Source: Ophelia neglecta (lineage: Eukaryota). From it: 64,000 nucleotides of DNA. Where the stretch lies: contig OZ260666.1 of assembly GCA_965285935.1 (NCBI GenBank), positions 52,328,001 to 52,392,000 on the forward strand. The letters run 5' to 3'. Shown here piece by piece: positions 1 to 13,700 of this stretch; positions within the stretch are counted from its first letter, which is position 1; every line of letters begins with the position of its first letter. The position numbers and the translations under genes are program-made. The notes beneath the pieces were generated by a model. The model did no database searches, was not told the origin of the DNA, and saw nothing but the letters and a program-made list of their open reading frames with translations.

Positions 1-3000
1 TAAGTCTTGTAAGATGAGGACAAACTACCGGTATTAGGTATCAGGTCCCCCGTACATAGCAGAGGATCGTTATGTTTTCATTGAACTGCATCTGATGTTC
101 CTTGGTTGCTCTTGGTTAAAGCCTAGGGTTTTCACTCACAATTTTAGATATGTATCAAATTTTTGTCTTGGATTGTGTTTGCATTTTCAAAGAACAAGAT
201 GGCCACCAGGATCACCCAACATTTCCTTTGTCATGTAAAAAAAAAAAAACCCTCATAAGTATTTAGTCCTTTTTGGTGGGCTTCTAGAATTAACCAATGT
301 CTGGCCTGAAATTGTATTTAGCAACCTTTGAACAAATTTAGTTGCCATGGCAATTGGAAAAAATGACTGATTTTACATTCTGTCTAACTTTTTTAATATG
401 TTGTTAAAAACAATAAATAGTTCATAATACTTCTGTATTTCAATCCCCATAGCACGTTCGTCTTTAACTTTTAGCATAGTAGTTTTGAAATACAAAGACA
501 TTTTGTATAAATAAACATGCCAGGACAGTGCTTAAATAACTTGTCCATTATAGCGTGGTTGGTTGAGGTTGATACTGGCATGAATGAGAACAGTGCCTTC
601 TGAAGGATCTAGACAAATACCAAGCCAGCTCCGGCTGATTTCATCTTCAGGCTGAGCAGTCTGTTGCAAGGGTGATGTTCTACAGATGTTTGAGGCACTG
701 TATACCTACGACTTCTGTTGATGTACATTTTCAGTTATTGTCTGTCTTCCTTGACAATTGTGTATGTTTGCTGTTTAACGAAGTGTTCTGTGCTAGCCGT
801 TGTTAATAAATGAAGTGACTTTGTACACAGTAAATAAATAAGCTATAACTCTGAGCAGCAGGATATCAGTGCACACCATTTATAATTAATGTGGAAACAT
901 TGACCATGTAGTTACCTTGTTTGGTCTGCCTACCAATTAATTTTCTGTACCTCAGGGCAAAGCCTCCACAATGGCATAAATAAATAGATGGCTTGTAATT
1001 CCTCTCTCTGGCTAGGACCCATTAATGTATTCGATACCTCCACCCCCCCCCCCCTTTCTCCCCCATTTGCCAGTGCCCACTCATGGCCTCATTGTGATTC
1101 CAAGCACCCCCCCCCCCCTAGCATTGAGGATAATGTATCTGTATTGTGGGCTTGATGAACTACCTGTCGGAGTCTAATCCTGCTTAATCATTGGCCCTCT
1201 GCTCTCTCATGAATGAGGACTGCGGTGTGTGCAGAAGTGTGGGAAGGCACACAATAGGAGGATAGGGAGAAGAGCCGTATGCTGTCTGCATGTTTATGTT
1301 TATGTCAGGATTGAGATCTGGCACAGGAGCTGGTGTATGTGACTGGGCCAATGTAGCTGTGTGTACTGCCAGTGTGACACTTGTGGAGTTTTCTAGTTAG
1401 ATGGAGCTCTAACAGAAGGCTTGGAGGTTGGTCTGCCATCGATTGTCCATTGCCGCCTGCCGATTGCCGCCTGCCAGAGAGGATCCTTCGTCTGTGTCTC
1501 TCAACTTGGTGGTTACCACTTGTAGAGCCTGCCCACCCTACATGTACAGAAGGTAAGCCTTTACCAAACTTGGCTCCACACACCATCATCATCTGACAGA
1601 CGGAGGGGTGGCCATATACATGCTACACACAGATCCATGCAATATTGATTTCTCAGTTATTTAGCAGCCAAGGTTATTGTTGGCCTCTATTTTGTGTTAG
1701 TAAGCAGTAATTACTAGCTGCAGTTACTAGTATCAGCCACTTGTGTATGGACATGTATTAATGGTATTAATATGTATACTTGTATATGGTATTTCATGGA
1801 GACATGATTTATGCAGCAAGCCCTGTGAGAGGTCACTGCCAGCTTGTTTCAGCATTAAATGGCAACCATTTTCGATCAGGTACTAATGTCGGTATATCAG
1901 ATTCATAGGCCTCAATACCTATTACTTTTAGGTACCAAGTCCGGATGGAACCCTATAGTCAGTTACTGGATACTGGTTACTGATATCCACATTACATGGG
2001 AGTAAATGTCACAGTAAATATTCATTGCATCAGCCATTTTAGTATACTCTCCGCCATAAAGATACCAGTGCCATATTCTTGATTATTAATGTCTGCTCTC
2101 AGCCTCCTACAATTACTGTCTGTAGCCAAAGAACGGTTAAAACATGTTATCCTCATACTAAGACACATAAAGTTTACACAATGCTAGTTTACACAAAATA
2201 AGGTGATTGTACATGGTAAAATGAGAAGCCACTTTGACAGTTTTCTTTCAGTGTTATCATTGTCAATTTTTGCTTCCTGCTTTAACAAATAGAGCACTTT
2301 TCAGAGACTATTCTTTCTGAAAATAGAAAGTTGCTTTGCCACGCAAGATGATAGATCCATTTGTAACTCCCAGTTGATATATATCTGTATAAGTAGATAT
2401 AGACATACTAGTCGAACTGGAGTCAATAATATGTATCCGGTTTGCTCTGGTCTGGTCCTGTATCAAACTTCCTTGTATATGATCATGAGAAAAAAGCATA
2501 GTTAACATGAATACAAACTGTAAATGGGGGGCATGTCTTATTTGCTAGGAACACCTACTTTCATTAATATTTAACTGCATTTAGAACTATTTAAGTGAAT
2601 GTTTGCAAGATTGCCAAGTAGATTGATGAAGTATTTTATGGGAATGCAATCTAATAACTTGGCCACCCTGAAGGGAAGAACCTGGAAATTAGATATGGAG
2701 AAAGGAGACATGGGAAATATATGTGATCAGCCTGCCCATCAGATGACGTGACAGACATACAGCGGACACTCAGATAATGGCTGTAAGGTCTACTGGAGGC
2801 AGCACATATCTTCTCTCACTGATGACAACTGGTACTCCTAGATCACACTCAACAACTCATCTACCAGCACTGGCAAGCATTGAGTGGCTTGTGAAAAGGC
2901 AGACACCAGCTGTTAAGAAGGCAATTTGGCTTCAGGCGCTTCCTCTGGTCACCCTTAGTGGTTTGTCATGTGGTCAGTGTGACAGTTGGACTAGATCGAG

Positions 3001-3079
3001 GTTCTTCTCAAACAGCAAACCGAATAAAGTTTCGTAGGGCAGCAAATATGCTCTTAATTCTATGCCAATGTTTGACAAT

Positions 3080-3117
3080 CAAGATACAGTCAAGATACAG
3101 TCAAGATATAGTCAAGA
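3080..3117. repeat. 11-bp tandem repeat CAAGATACAGT, about 3.5 copies
   Basis: Direct reading. Confidence 0.8.
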
Positions 3118-3459
3118 CATGATGGTGGCATAGCACCGTGGGTGTAGTGGGGTAGAGGCTGATACTGGAAGTATCAAGTATTGATTAGGAGGTCCTGGCT
3201 CACAGCAATATCAGGATAAAGATGTTGAAGGAAGCCTTCCCCCACAAACTACAACAGATGGCATTTTAAACCAAACAGGGCAGACACGACAGTATGATAA
3301 AGTACAAGTGTGTAAATAGACATTATCACTATGTCTCCCCCAAAAATATATTCACCCAGCTTGAATTGGACACAGAAAATACTGTTGAATCAGGCAAGTG
3401 TGAACTGTGGACCAGGACTGCTGATAAGGGAATAATTATAACATACACAAGATGGCGCC

Positions 3460-3730
3460 AGGACACTGGCCTGCAATCGAGAGAATGACACTAGCCTGTA
3501 ATGGAGAGAAGGACACTGGCCTGTAATGGAGAGAAGGACACTGGCCAGTAATGGAGAGAAGGACACTGGCCTGTAATGGAGAGAAGGACACGAGCCTGTA
3601 ATGGAGAGGAGAGAAGGACACTAGCCTGTAATGGAGAGATGGACACTGGCCTGTAATGGAGAGAAGGACACGAGCCTGTAATGGAGAGGAGTGAAGGACA
3701 CTGGCCTGTAATGGAGAGAAGGACACTAGC
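3460..3730. repeat. 25-bp minisatellite AGGACACTGGCCTGTAATGGAGAGA, about 10 copies (some 30-bp variants)
   Basis: Direct reading. Confidence 0.92.
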
Positions 3731-4148
3731 AAGGGCAATTCACTGTAAGGCATTAGGATATTAAAACCCCTGAGGAACTTTGCATTCAGTCAGAGGTCCC
3801 AGAGCACTGTATTATGCCCTGTCATGTCACAGATCAGAGCAGGCATATACAAGGACAAACTACTTTCAGTAGAAAAGCTGGGTTGTTTGGTTACATCATT
3901 TTCATTATCAACAACACCATCATTACTAACATAAACCAGAATAGGGGAGCACTGAGAGCGTTGTACCTTGTAATCATGGATACTCTATTCCAGGGCATGC
4001 CCCATATAGAACTGAATGTACTGAGAGATGGTATTTAGACCTGACCACATGATTAGGATAAAAGAGCAATGTTACTTTACTCTGTAATTAGAAACACTAT
4101 TTAGTATCTAAGATGTGTGTCCATGTTCTTGGTTAGGCTTTAAGGCAG

Positions 4149-5792
4149 AGTACTGGAATGCCTTTTGCCTGCCAGTGTACTGGACTGGACTCCTCTTTGC
4201 CTGCCAGTGTACAGTACTGGACTCCTCTTTGCCTGCCAGTGTACTGGACTGGACTCCTCTTTGCCTGCCAGTGTACTGGACTGGACTCCTCTTTGCCTGC
4301 CAGTGTACTGGACTGGACTCCTCTTTGCCTGCCAGTGTACTGGACTGGACTCCTCTTTGCCTGCCAGTGTACTGGACTGGACTCCTCTTTGCCTGCCAGT
4401 GTACTGGACTGGACTCCTCTTTGCCTGCCAGTGTACTGGACTGGACTCCTCTTTGCCTGCCAGTGTACTGGACTGGACTCCTCTTTGCCTGCCAGTGTAC
4501 TGGACTGGACTCCTCTTTGCCTGCCAGTGTACAGTACTGGACTCCTCTTTGCCTCCCAGTGTACTGGACTTGACTCCTCTTTGCCTGCCAGTGTACTGGA
4601 CTGGACTCCTCTTTGCCTGACAGTGTACTGGACTGGACTCCTCTTTGCCTGCCAGTGTACAGTACTGGACTCCTCTTTGCCTGCCAGTGTACTGGACTGG
4701 ACTCCTCTTTGCCTGCCAGTGTACTGGACTGGACTCCTCCTTGCCTGCCAGTGTACTGGACTGGACTCCTCTTTGCCTGACAGTGTACTGGACTGGACTC
4801 CTCTTTGCCTGTCAGTGTACTAGACTGGACTCCTCTTTGCCTGCCAGTGTACTCGACTGGACTCCTCTTTGCCTGCCAGTGGACTGGACTGGACTCCTCT
4901 TTGCCTGCCAGTGTACATTACTGGACTCCTCTTTGCCTGCCAGTGTACTGGACTGGACTCCTCTTTGCCTGTCAGTGTACTAGACTGGACTCTGGACTTG
5001 ACTCCTCTTTGCCTGTCAGTGTACAGTACTGGACTCCTCTTTGCCTGCCATTGTACTGGACTGGACTCCTCTTTGCCTGCCAGTGTACTGGACTGGACTC
5101 CTCTTTACCTGTCAGTGTACAGTACTGGACTCCTCTTTGCCTGCCAGTGTACTGGACTTGACTCCTCTTTGCCTGCCAGTGTACTGGACTGGACTCCTCT
5201 TTGCCTGTCAGTGTACAGTACTGGACTCCTCTTTGCCTGCCAGTGTACTGGACTGGACTCCTCTTTGCCTGCCATTGTACTGGACTGGACTCCTCTTTAC
5301 CTATCAGTGTACAGTACTGGACTCCTCTTTGCCTGCCAGTGTACTGGACTTGACTCCTCTTTGCCTGCCAGTGTACTGGACTGGACTCCTCTTTGCCTGT
5401 CAGTGTACAGTACTGGACTCCTCTTTGCCTGCCAGTGTACTGGACTGGACTCCTCTTTGCCTGCCATTGTACTGGACTGGACTCCTCTTTGCCTGCCAGT
5501 GTACTGGACTGGACTCCTCTTTGCCTGTCAGTGTACAGTACTGGACTCCTCTTTGCCTGCCAGTGTACTGGACTTGACTCCTCTTTGCCTGCCAGTGTAC
5601 TGGACTGGACTCCTCTTTGCCTGCCAGTGTACTGGACTGGACTCCTCTTTGCCTGTCAGTGTACAGTACTGGACTCCTCTTTGCCTGCCATTGTACTGGA
5701 CTGGACTCCTCTTTCCCTGCCAGTGTACTGGACTGGACTCCTCTTTCCCTGCCACTGTACTGGACTGGACTCCTCTTTCCCTGCCACTGTAC
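4149..5792. repeat. 32-bp minisatellite TTGCCTGCCAGTGTACTGGACTGGACTCCTCT, about 51 copies
   Basis: Period 32 (4261 to 4293). Explains all ORFs between 4115 and 5908. Confidence 0.97.
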
Positions 5793-6347
5793 TTGTTTCT
5801 CTGAGTGTGCACTGACTGCCCTGATGAGCCATTTTCGATGTAAAACTCAAACAATAGTAATAGTATACCACGGCCAGCCACTGATAACAAAACATTGACG
5901 TCAAACAACCAACTGCTTTGTTATTACATTAAGCCTGAGATGTTAAGAGTCTTGCTATTCTTAATCACTGTAATCAGCTGATTAATACTAAGTCTCCTTC
6001 ATCCATCAATATATGCTTTACATGTTCTTGTCTTGTGACACTTGTAGTCATACTAAATAAATATGTATGATTTAATTGACTTCCAGTTTAACATTTCATG
6101 CCATCCTTCTAATGTAGTGGATATTACTGTCACAATTTTCACATACATTATATATGTACTTTTCTCCATATAAAGGAATCCAGTAGTGCAGGTGTTTGAT
6201 AGGCCAATGCATGACTGTTGGAAATTATTTTCTATTGATTATTTCACTTGCAAACAGAAGCTGCAATGTTTATTTGTACAGATACTCTGCCTATAGCAAT
6301 AAGGGCCAGTTATCCTGTCTACCTATTGTTTCATTTCCAAGTGAGAC

Positions 6348-6985
6348 TTTGTCATTGATTGGGAGGCGAGGATTCCCCAGTCTGATGGCTGACAATGCCA
6401 GGTCCTGTATTTGGGAGGAGAGGATTCCCCAGTCTGAGGGCACACAATGCCAGGTCCTGTATTTGAGAGGAGAGGATTCCATAGTCTGAGGGCACACAAC
6501 GCCAGGTCCAGTATTTGGGGGGAGAGGATTCCCCAGTCTGAGGGCTGACAATGCCAGGTCCTGTATTTGGGAGGAGAGGCTTCCCCAGTCTGAGGGCACA
6601 CAATGCCAGGTCCTGTATTTGGGAGGAGAGGATTCCCCAGTCTGAGGGCACACAATGCCAGGTCCTGTATTTGAGAGGAGAGGATTCCCCAGTCTGAGGG
6701 CACACAATGCCAGGTCCAGTATTTGGGGGGAGAGGATTCCCCAGTCTGAGGGCACACAATGCCAGGTCCTGTTTTTGGGGGGAGAGGATTCCCCAATCTG
6801 AGGGCACACAATGCCAGGTCCTTTATTTGGGAGGAGAGGATTCCCCAGTCTGAGGGCACACAATGCCAGGTCCAGTATTTGAGAGGAGTGGATTCCCCAG
6901 TCTACTGCTACCAGGTCCTGTATTTGTCTTTGTCATTGATTTGGGAGGAAAAGATTTCCCAGTGTGCTTGCTGATAATGCCAGGT
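6348..6985. repeat. 52-bp minisatellite AGGATTCCCCAGTCTGAGGGCACACAATGCCAGGTCCTGTATTTGGGAGGAG, about 11-12 copies
   Basis: Period 52 (6421 to 6473). Confidence 0.95.
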
Positions 6986-7950
6986 TCTGTATTATGGCCA
7001 CATCTTGTTGCCTCTGGTCTTCTGAAGACTTTGCCTCCGCTCCTTCACTGTTCATTGCAGCTGGTAACATTGTCAAGTCTTCACTTAATTACATAATGAA
7101 ATCGGAGCTGTGCATGACCAGCCAAGTTATTTTGTGGATAAGGAAGTCTGTTTTCAGGCTGTTTGTTAATAAGCTTGTACTAACAATGATTGTTGTACAT
7201 CCATGTATATTATGATTAATTCATTTAGTTCATTTTGCTAGCCCCTTTACAAATTCTTGTCTGTTAATAGTGACACATTTATAACTATTGAGTATTAACT
7301 ACCAGTAAATGTGAATTCATTGTACATGTAAGATACACATGTATATTGAATTAAATGTGTTTGTACACTGTTAGGCTGGAAATGGAAATCATTCAAACTA
7401 ATCACCTGCTATTTCTGGGTACTGTGCCCTGTCTGTGTATAAATAAACCAATACTATTGACAGGAAGGTGTTCCTGACAGTGCTGGCATAATATTTTGTA
7501 AGTCTTTTATAGAACCATAAAAAGCTGATAAGTTTGACAATCCTGCCAGTGAATCGCCAATGCCTTTTGATTGTGGGAGTGTTCAAACAATATTGAGCTG
7601 GGTGGAGTATAGCAAGCTGATCATCATAGAACTGTAGGAATTCAGACAACATGATCAGGCCAAGGCTAAATGTCATGGCGAAGAATAAGCAACAGGCCTA
7701 ATGCTCCATCAGCTCGCAGCTGAATGATGCCTGTCCAAATATAGTCATTGTAACTCAAAAGATGGAGCAGACACCGACAGGGCCAGTAAAGGGCCAGTAA
7801 TATTCAGGGACTCTCACTCATAAATCTGATAAAACAGCCAGATCTTCAGACCTTAAATACAGATCAATATAAACAGCATAAGCATCAAATACCTGTGTCG
7901 CTTTGTCTGTTTTTTATCGCCAGCCGTTGTTGGATCAAATCAAGCCAGAA

Positions 7951-7964
7951 GTTGCCATGGTAAC
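7951..7964. promoter_or_regulatory. RFX X-box-like palindrome GTTGCCATGGTAAC
   Basis: 13/14 match to the X-box consensus GTTGCCATGGCAAC, about 85 bp upstream of ATG 8048. A second near-match GTTGCCATGGCAAT is at 341-354. Confidence 0.35.
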
Positions 7965-8047
7965 TGCTAAAAGAAGTGTAGAGTTTATGGATGGTGCGTA
8001 TGTAGGGTTGCTATTCTGGAGGAGAGCAGAGGAGGGTGTGCTGGTTT

Positions 8048-8212
8048 ATGTTAGTGGTGTCTGTTAAGGTGGATCCACCTAAGGACCCAGTGACCCAGCC
8101 TCCCCCCTCCCCTGGCCAGTGTGCCCCAGTACATCCTGAAACAGAAACACCATCAGAGCCACTAGATGTCACCATCATAGCTCATCAAGAATATCACCAT
8201 GTAAGGCCTAAG
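8048..8212 (+). CDS. Candidate alternative or cassette exon, Pro-rich
   Basis: MLVVSVK/VDPPKDPVTQPPPSPGQCAPVHPETETPSEPLDVTIIAHQEYHHVRPK. Possible acceptor gttaag|GTG at 8069. Two phase-0 donors: CAT|gtaagg (8200) and AAG|gtaatc (8212). Confidence 0.35.
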
Positions 8213-9639
8213 GTAATCGTCACTCATCTACATTATTATGTGGACTGGAGCAGGCGCTGTTTGCCTGATGTTTTGTCGAGCAGATGGGGAGCCAGAATGG
8301 GCGACCTGTACAACCCATCTACATAGTACATTATCATCCCTCTCAGCCTCCTGCCATTCTCAATGGTAATGCCATTCCTCCCTTTGAAAGGCAATGACAT
8401 AACCACTGCGAAAATGATAATTTTACTCGACATATTACCTCATATTGAAAATCAGCCAAACTGAATATTTCCCAGCCAATTTTGCAAGTTGACTGGCTGG
8501 TTGGCTAAATGGAGATAGCCTGTCAAGAAATTCAGTTTTATCCCAATGATTTATATAAGCTGGGCTGATGAGACATTGAAGTACTGTTTAGCCAAGACTT
8601 TGGTAACCAAGATAGTGCCTAGTGCAGACATTGATTGGCTATTTTGGCATTTGCTGGAATTGGATGATGATTTTGACATTAGAGGGATCTGCATTGATCA
8701 GGCAGGTTCTTTGTTAGGCCAGTGGAGGTGCCAGAAGTGATCAATGGACTCTGGATACAGTTTGTTTGACCACTGATCGCTTTATTCAGAGACAGGAGGA
8801 CAGAAGAGGAAGCTAAAGAGTGGCTTAATAAAAACTATCAGACATCTCTATGTCCCACCACAAGACACAATGTTATTCTTTGGATACTGACTGAGTATAA
8901 ATCACCAGACTAGATCTAAATGATTTATAACATTTCTAGCCGACTGTGTCTCCAGTCCTCTGAGTACAGTCTTATAGACAACATTGAGCAGCTTGTACAT
9001 GTACAGAATCGGTCTTACTCTGGAAGGGCTGTTCAAGGCTGTATGTACAAGTAGATGTGTGTGACTAGGGGAAGGACCCTTGGCTTGGTTATTGGCAGCC
9101 ATACCACACACAGGAGGAGCTAGCAAAGCATCATTACCTTAGCTGGACAGGCCTCTGCCTCAGTCTCAACTCTCTCTCTAATGAAGATGGCTGCTTGGAT
9201 TAGCCAAGGGATTAATTCTTCATGAAATATAGGTGACAGTGGCATGTGTGTTTGGCTGTATGGCTAATAAGTAGCTGGAGGCGACAGGCCCAATATCCCT
9301 GATAGAATGATCAGGCATTGAGTCTGGTGGCCACCCTACAGGACTACAACATCTAACAAGGAATTAGGCACCTTATTTGTGCCTAACCTAATGACAAACA
9401 CGGACAAGTCAGGCATTAACAGGACCCAGTCTACGTAAACAGACGTTATCAGTATCATAGGTATTAGATTCTCAAGAGCATGTTAGGGTGTCATGCTTCC
9501 TGATCAACTTTAATTGTTTACTTTTTTGTATTGGATGTAGCACATTTTATTCCCTTGTTTTGTTCTTTTTTTGTCGTAAGACCCAGGCAGTATCAAGTGC
9601 TCATGGTAATGTCACAGTTTTCATGTTGTTTTCAGACTA

Positions 9640-10720
9640 ACCTTGGCTCATGTCATTGTTACACTACCATGTCACACTACTCTGGGTTCCTGTTTTTGTT
9701 ACAATACCATGACAGAGTACCCCAGGTTCATGTTATTGTCACACAACCCTGGGTTGATGTTATTTTCACACTAACCTGGGTTCATGTTATTGTCACACTA
9801 CCATATTGTCACAGTACCCTATTGTTGCACTACCCTAGTTTTATGTTATTGTCCCATTCCTGTGGATTCATGTTATTGTCAAACTTGCCTGGGTTCATGA
9901 TATTTATACACTTACCAGGGTTCATGTTATCGTCACACTACCATATCATCACACTACCCTAGTTTCATGTTATTGTCCCATTTACCTTGGTTCATGTTAT
10001 TGTCCCACTACCATATTATCATACTACCCTTCATGTTATTGTCACACTACCATGGGTTCCAGTTATTTTTACACTAACCAGGGTTCATGTTATTGTCTAC
10101 GCCTATGTATTGATTTGGTACCCTGTCACATTAGGTGCTAGGTTCATGGTATTGTCTATCTAGTTTGGATTCATGTTATTGTCACACTACCCTTGGTTCA
10201 TGTTATTGTCCCAATACCCTGGGTTTATGTTATTGTCACAATACCCTGGGTTCATGTTATTGTCACAATACCCTGGGTTCATGTTATTGTGCCAATACCC
10301 TGGGTTCATGTTATCGTCACACCACTCCAGGATCATGTTATTGTCACAATACCCTGGGTACATGTTATTGTCCCAATACCCTGAGTTCATGTTATTGTGC
10401 CAATACCCTGGGTTCATGTTATTGTCCCAATACCCTGGGTTCATGTTATTGTCACAATACCCTGAGTTCATGTTATTGTCCCATTACCCTGGGTTCATGT
10501 TATCTTCGCACCACTCCAGGATCATGTTATTGTCACAATACCCTTGGTTCATGTTATTGTTCCAATACCCGGAGTTCATGTTATTGTGCCAATACCCTGG
10601 GTCCATGTTATTGTCCCAATACCCTGGGTTCATGTTATTGTCACAATACCCTGAGTTCATGTTATTGTCCCATTACCCTGGGTTCATGTTATCATCACAC
10701 CACTCCTGGATCATGTTATT
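9640..10720. repeat. 27-bp minisatellite CCCTGGGTTCATGTTATTGTCACAATA, degenerate 5' half and homogeneous from about 10160
   Basis: Direct reading. Yields the GSCYCHNTL and MLLSQYPGF repeat ORFs. Confidence 0.95.
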
Positions 10721-13700
10721 TTTTCACATCCCAGACTTTCATTGCAATTCACTTTGAGGATTGGTTGGCTGATTATAACTATTTATTTCGGAGTACTTGT
10801 AATATTTATTCAGATGTTATCAACCAATATATTATGATGAATATATATGACTTGGCTTGTATGTACATGTACCAGCTAGTTCATGTTTTATACTAAAAGC
10901 AAAGACCAATTTGGTGTAAGCAATATTAAATGTGTTGTTTCTTGCCATGAGATGTCAATTGTTCTGGATTATTTGAGCCAAAAGAAACAGCCAAGTGTGG
11001 TGGTGTAAAGTCTGCAATCTTAACATTAAGATCTGGGTGGCTGGTACTGAGTTTGTTTTGAGACACATTTCTCTTGTTTATAGCAGATTGGCATGAACAT
11101 AATCTATGTTACAATTGTGAGGTCTGAGTAGTCTTTATCTGGACTGAAGCTTCTGAACATTAAACAATATTATATAGCTCTCATAAACTGGGCATTTTGT
11201 GTGCTCCTGGCCTAATTCATGGATTTCAGTAAGCATGAACTCACAAGCAGACGTACCTTTCAAGCTGTAAAACAGACACAAACTCCTCTTTCAGAATCAG
11301 AGGTCAGAGATATAGGTTTTATGTCTGGCTGAAAAGGACCACTAGTTGTTTTTGTCCTCTTCTACTAGTGTGGTTTGTGAGACTAGTATAAAGAGGCTGA
11401 TTGTCCTATGAGTAGCACTAAATACTGGTTAGGCTTGGATCTTGCTCTCATGTGTGCAATAGGAGATTCTAATTGGATTCTTTTTCTGAAATCAGAAGAA
11501 CATCTCCCATTTTTTAAAAGGAGATCCATTAAGAAATGAGTTGGCATTAATCAGTGCAGCATGTGGAAATGATATTTGCATTAATTAAACTCATGCTGCA
11601 GAACTTTATCTATGCTTTGGTGATGGTAAACATGCTTAGATGCAAGTTTGTTGTTGAGTACTTTATCAGAGGGTTAGGGAGGAATAAATAGGTATATTTT
11701 TGTTTTGTTGGGGGTAGTTGGTGGGGGCGGGTGGGGGTGGCTACTTGGGACTTTGGCTGCCTCTGTTCCTTATCCTGCTGCAGTGTTTGTCATCTTAACC
11801 ATTTGCCTGGTCAGTGGGGTCAGGGCATGGGCTCTTGATGAAGATTTTCTATAAAAAAAGATACAAGGTGCTAAATGGCTACCATTGTGCTTATGTGTCA
11901 TTTACACCAAAAATCTAATCCAAATGTCAAGAAAATACAAAATTGAAATTTTTGGGAAGACAAAAATGAGGCATGGTCCTAGGGTTAGGTTTTTTTTATT
12001 CTGTTGTTGCCTCTTGCTCACCTTTAGCCTCTGTCTAAAGAACCAGTCCTTCCGAAATACAGGGACTTCCTTTGAGGCTTTGGCCCTTTGCTATGGGCCT
12101 TGTAGTTACATGTGAAGGAACCTTGTAGTTTTCATCTGCTGAAGTATGTCAGTAAAAGATGTATCCCAGTCTGATGGACAATGTGCGTTTCTCAGCAGGG
12201 TCAAGCCAAGAAGCACTTCACTCACTACAAGACACTTTATTTTAAGACAAGGAAACCACTAGATATTCCAGTACTACTACTACATCACTTTATATCAGTT
12301 AATAGTCTCATCACTGATCTCATTTACACATATTTACCTGTGCAAGAAGCAGCACTTTGATGCTGAAGTGTGGTGGTCTACCTGGCAGGAAAATATTTTC
12401 CCTAAACTAGGAAAAATAGATTGGGAAGGGCAGTATTTTACTGTAAAAGTGAGTATGCTCCCAGTATTCCCCATTGAGTCTTTGTTCATTTCCAAAATAA
12501 TAATTTTCCCTCCATTCTTGTTTTGTTTTAGAAAATAGCATGCCTTGTTTCTGTTGGAGTTTGCCTGATGTAATCTCAAATGTTCAAATATTGCCAAGGG
12601 TAGACATTCTTACCAAACTATATTAGTTGCTGCAGCAGGCATTGTGAAATTGCTATATTATATCACAGATTAGTTGTGGTGTATTATATGTACAGGAGAC
12701 TTCTTGGTCGCTAAATTATCTAAGACATAATTAGCCCTCCACTAGGATGCATAGAATAGCTTTAATGGAAATAAAACTTCTGTGGTTGGATGGCAATATT
12801 GAGTATCTGGCAGGTTGTGCTGGAAAGCATCTTTCTGATGGTATGTCCTCTTGCACAATGTCTGCCAGAACTGCCTTGATCTGCTGACTCAGCCATTGAT
12901 CTCCATCCGTTAGCCCATCAACCAGCCCATCCGTCAGGCCATCCGTCAGGCCATCAACCAGCCAGCTTGTCTGCTCCTCAGGTTAACTTGGCTTTCTTTG
13001 AAGGCAGCCACTCCAAATAAGCCACACACTTATATTGGTGTGAGGAGAAGCAGAAGTCAGGGGCCCTCACTCTATCCGAGCATCTTTATCCTTTGATACC
13101 TTCAGCTAGTTTTATACATCCTCCCTGGCCCATTGCATCCTATCTCAGCCCCAAGTCTGTATAAGTGATTGATTTGTGCTGGTCATGTTTGATGTCTCCT
13201 CGTTAAACTGGCCAGGAACAGGGCTAGGAGGCAGTGTGTTTGAGTTTGAAGGATGTCCAGGCCCGGGGCAAGTGATTTCCCTCCAGTTAGGAAGTGTTAG
13301 GCACTGGCTTTGTCATAGAAACAGGCCATTCAGTAGAAATTGGCAGTGATGGACTGGTGTAATCTACATTAGCAGATTGGCATTGCTGTGCTGGAGTGAC
13401 AAGCACTGTGTACTCCAGGCTAGCGGTCTAAGCAGATAAAGCTACATGGTACTCACTTGAGATAGATACATGTTACTCAGAGAAAACCACCGCCATTTTA
13501 CTGATATAAACACTGTCACAGATTGCCATGAATTGTTTCACTAACTGTCATTAAATGTAACCATTGTATTGTTAGAAGCTAACTTTGGCTTTTGCTGTTG
13601 CATTATTCCCCTAGAACAGCCACTCCTTTCTTGAAATCTGTGTCTGGCTGGTAGAACTCATGTGTTAACTGGATGCAGTACTTGTAATGTGTAGATTGGT

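Noticed and set aside
4115-5908. Many overlapping long Cys/Trp-rich ORFs (up to 311 aa)
   Set aside because: Translations of a 32-bp tandem repeat that is open in several frames; no splice or homology support.
10135-10896. Cys-rich GSCYCHNTL repeat ORF resembling a metallothionein or keratin-associated protein
   Set aside because: The 27-bp unit is a multiple of 3 and is open in several frames on both strands. There is no signal peptide, and the array decays upstream without keeping frame.
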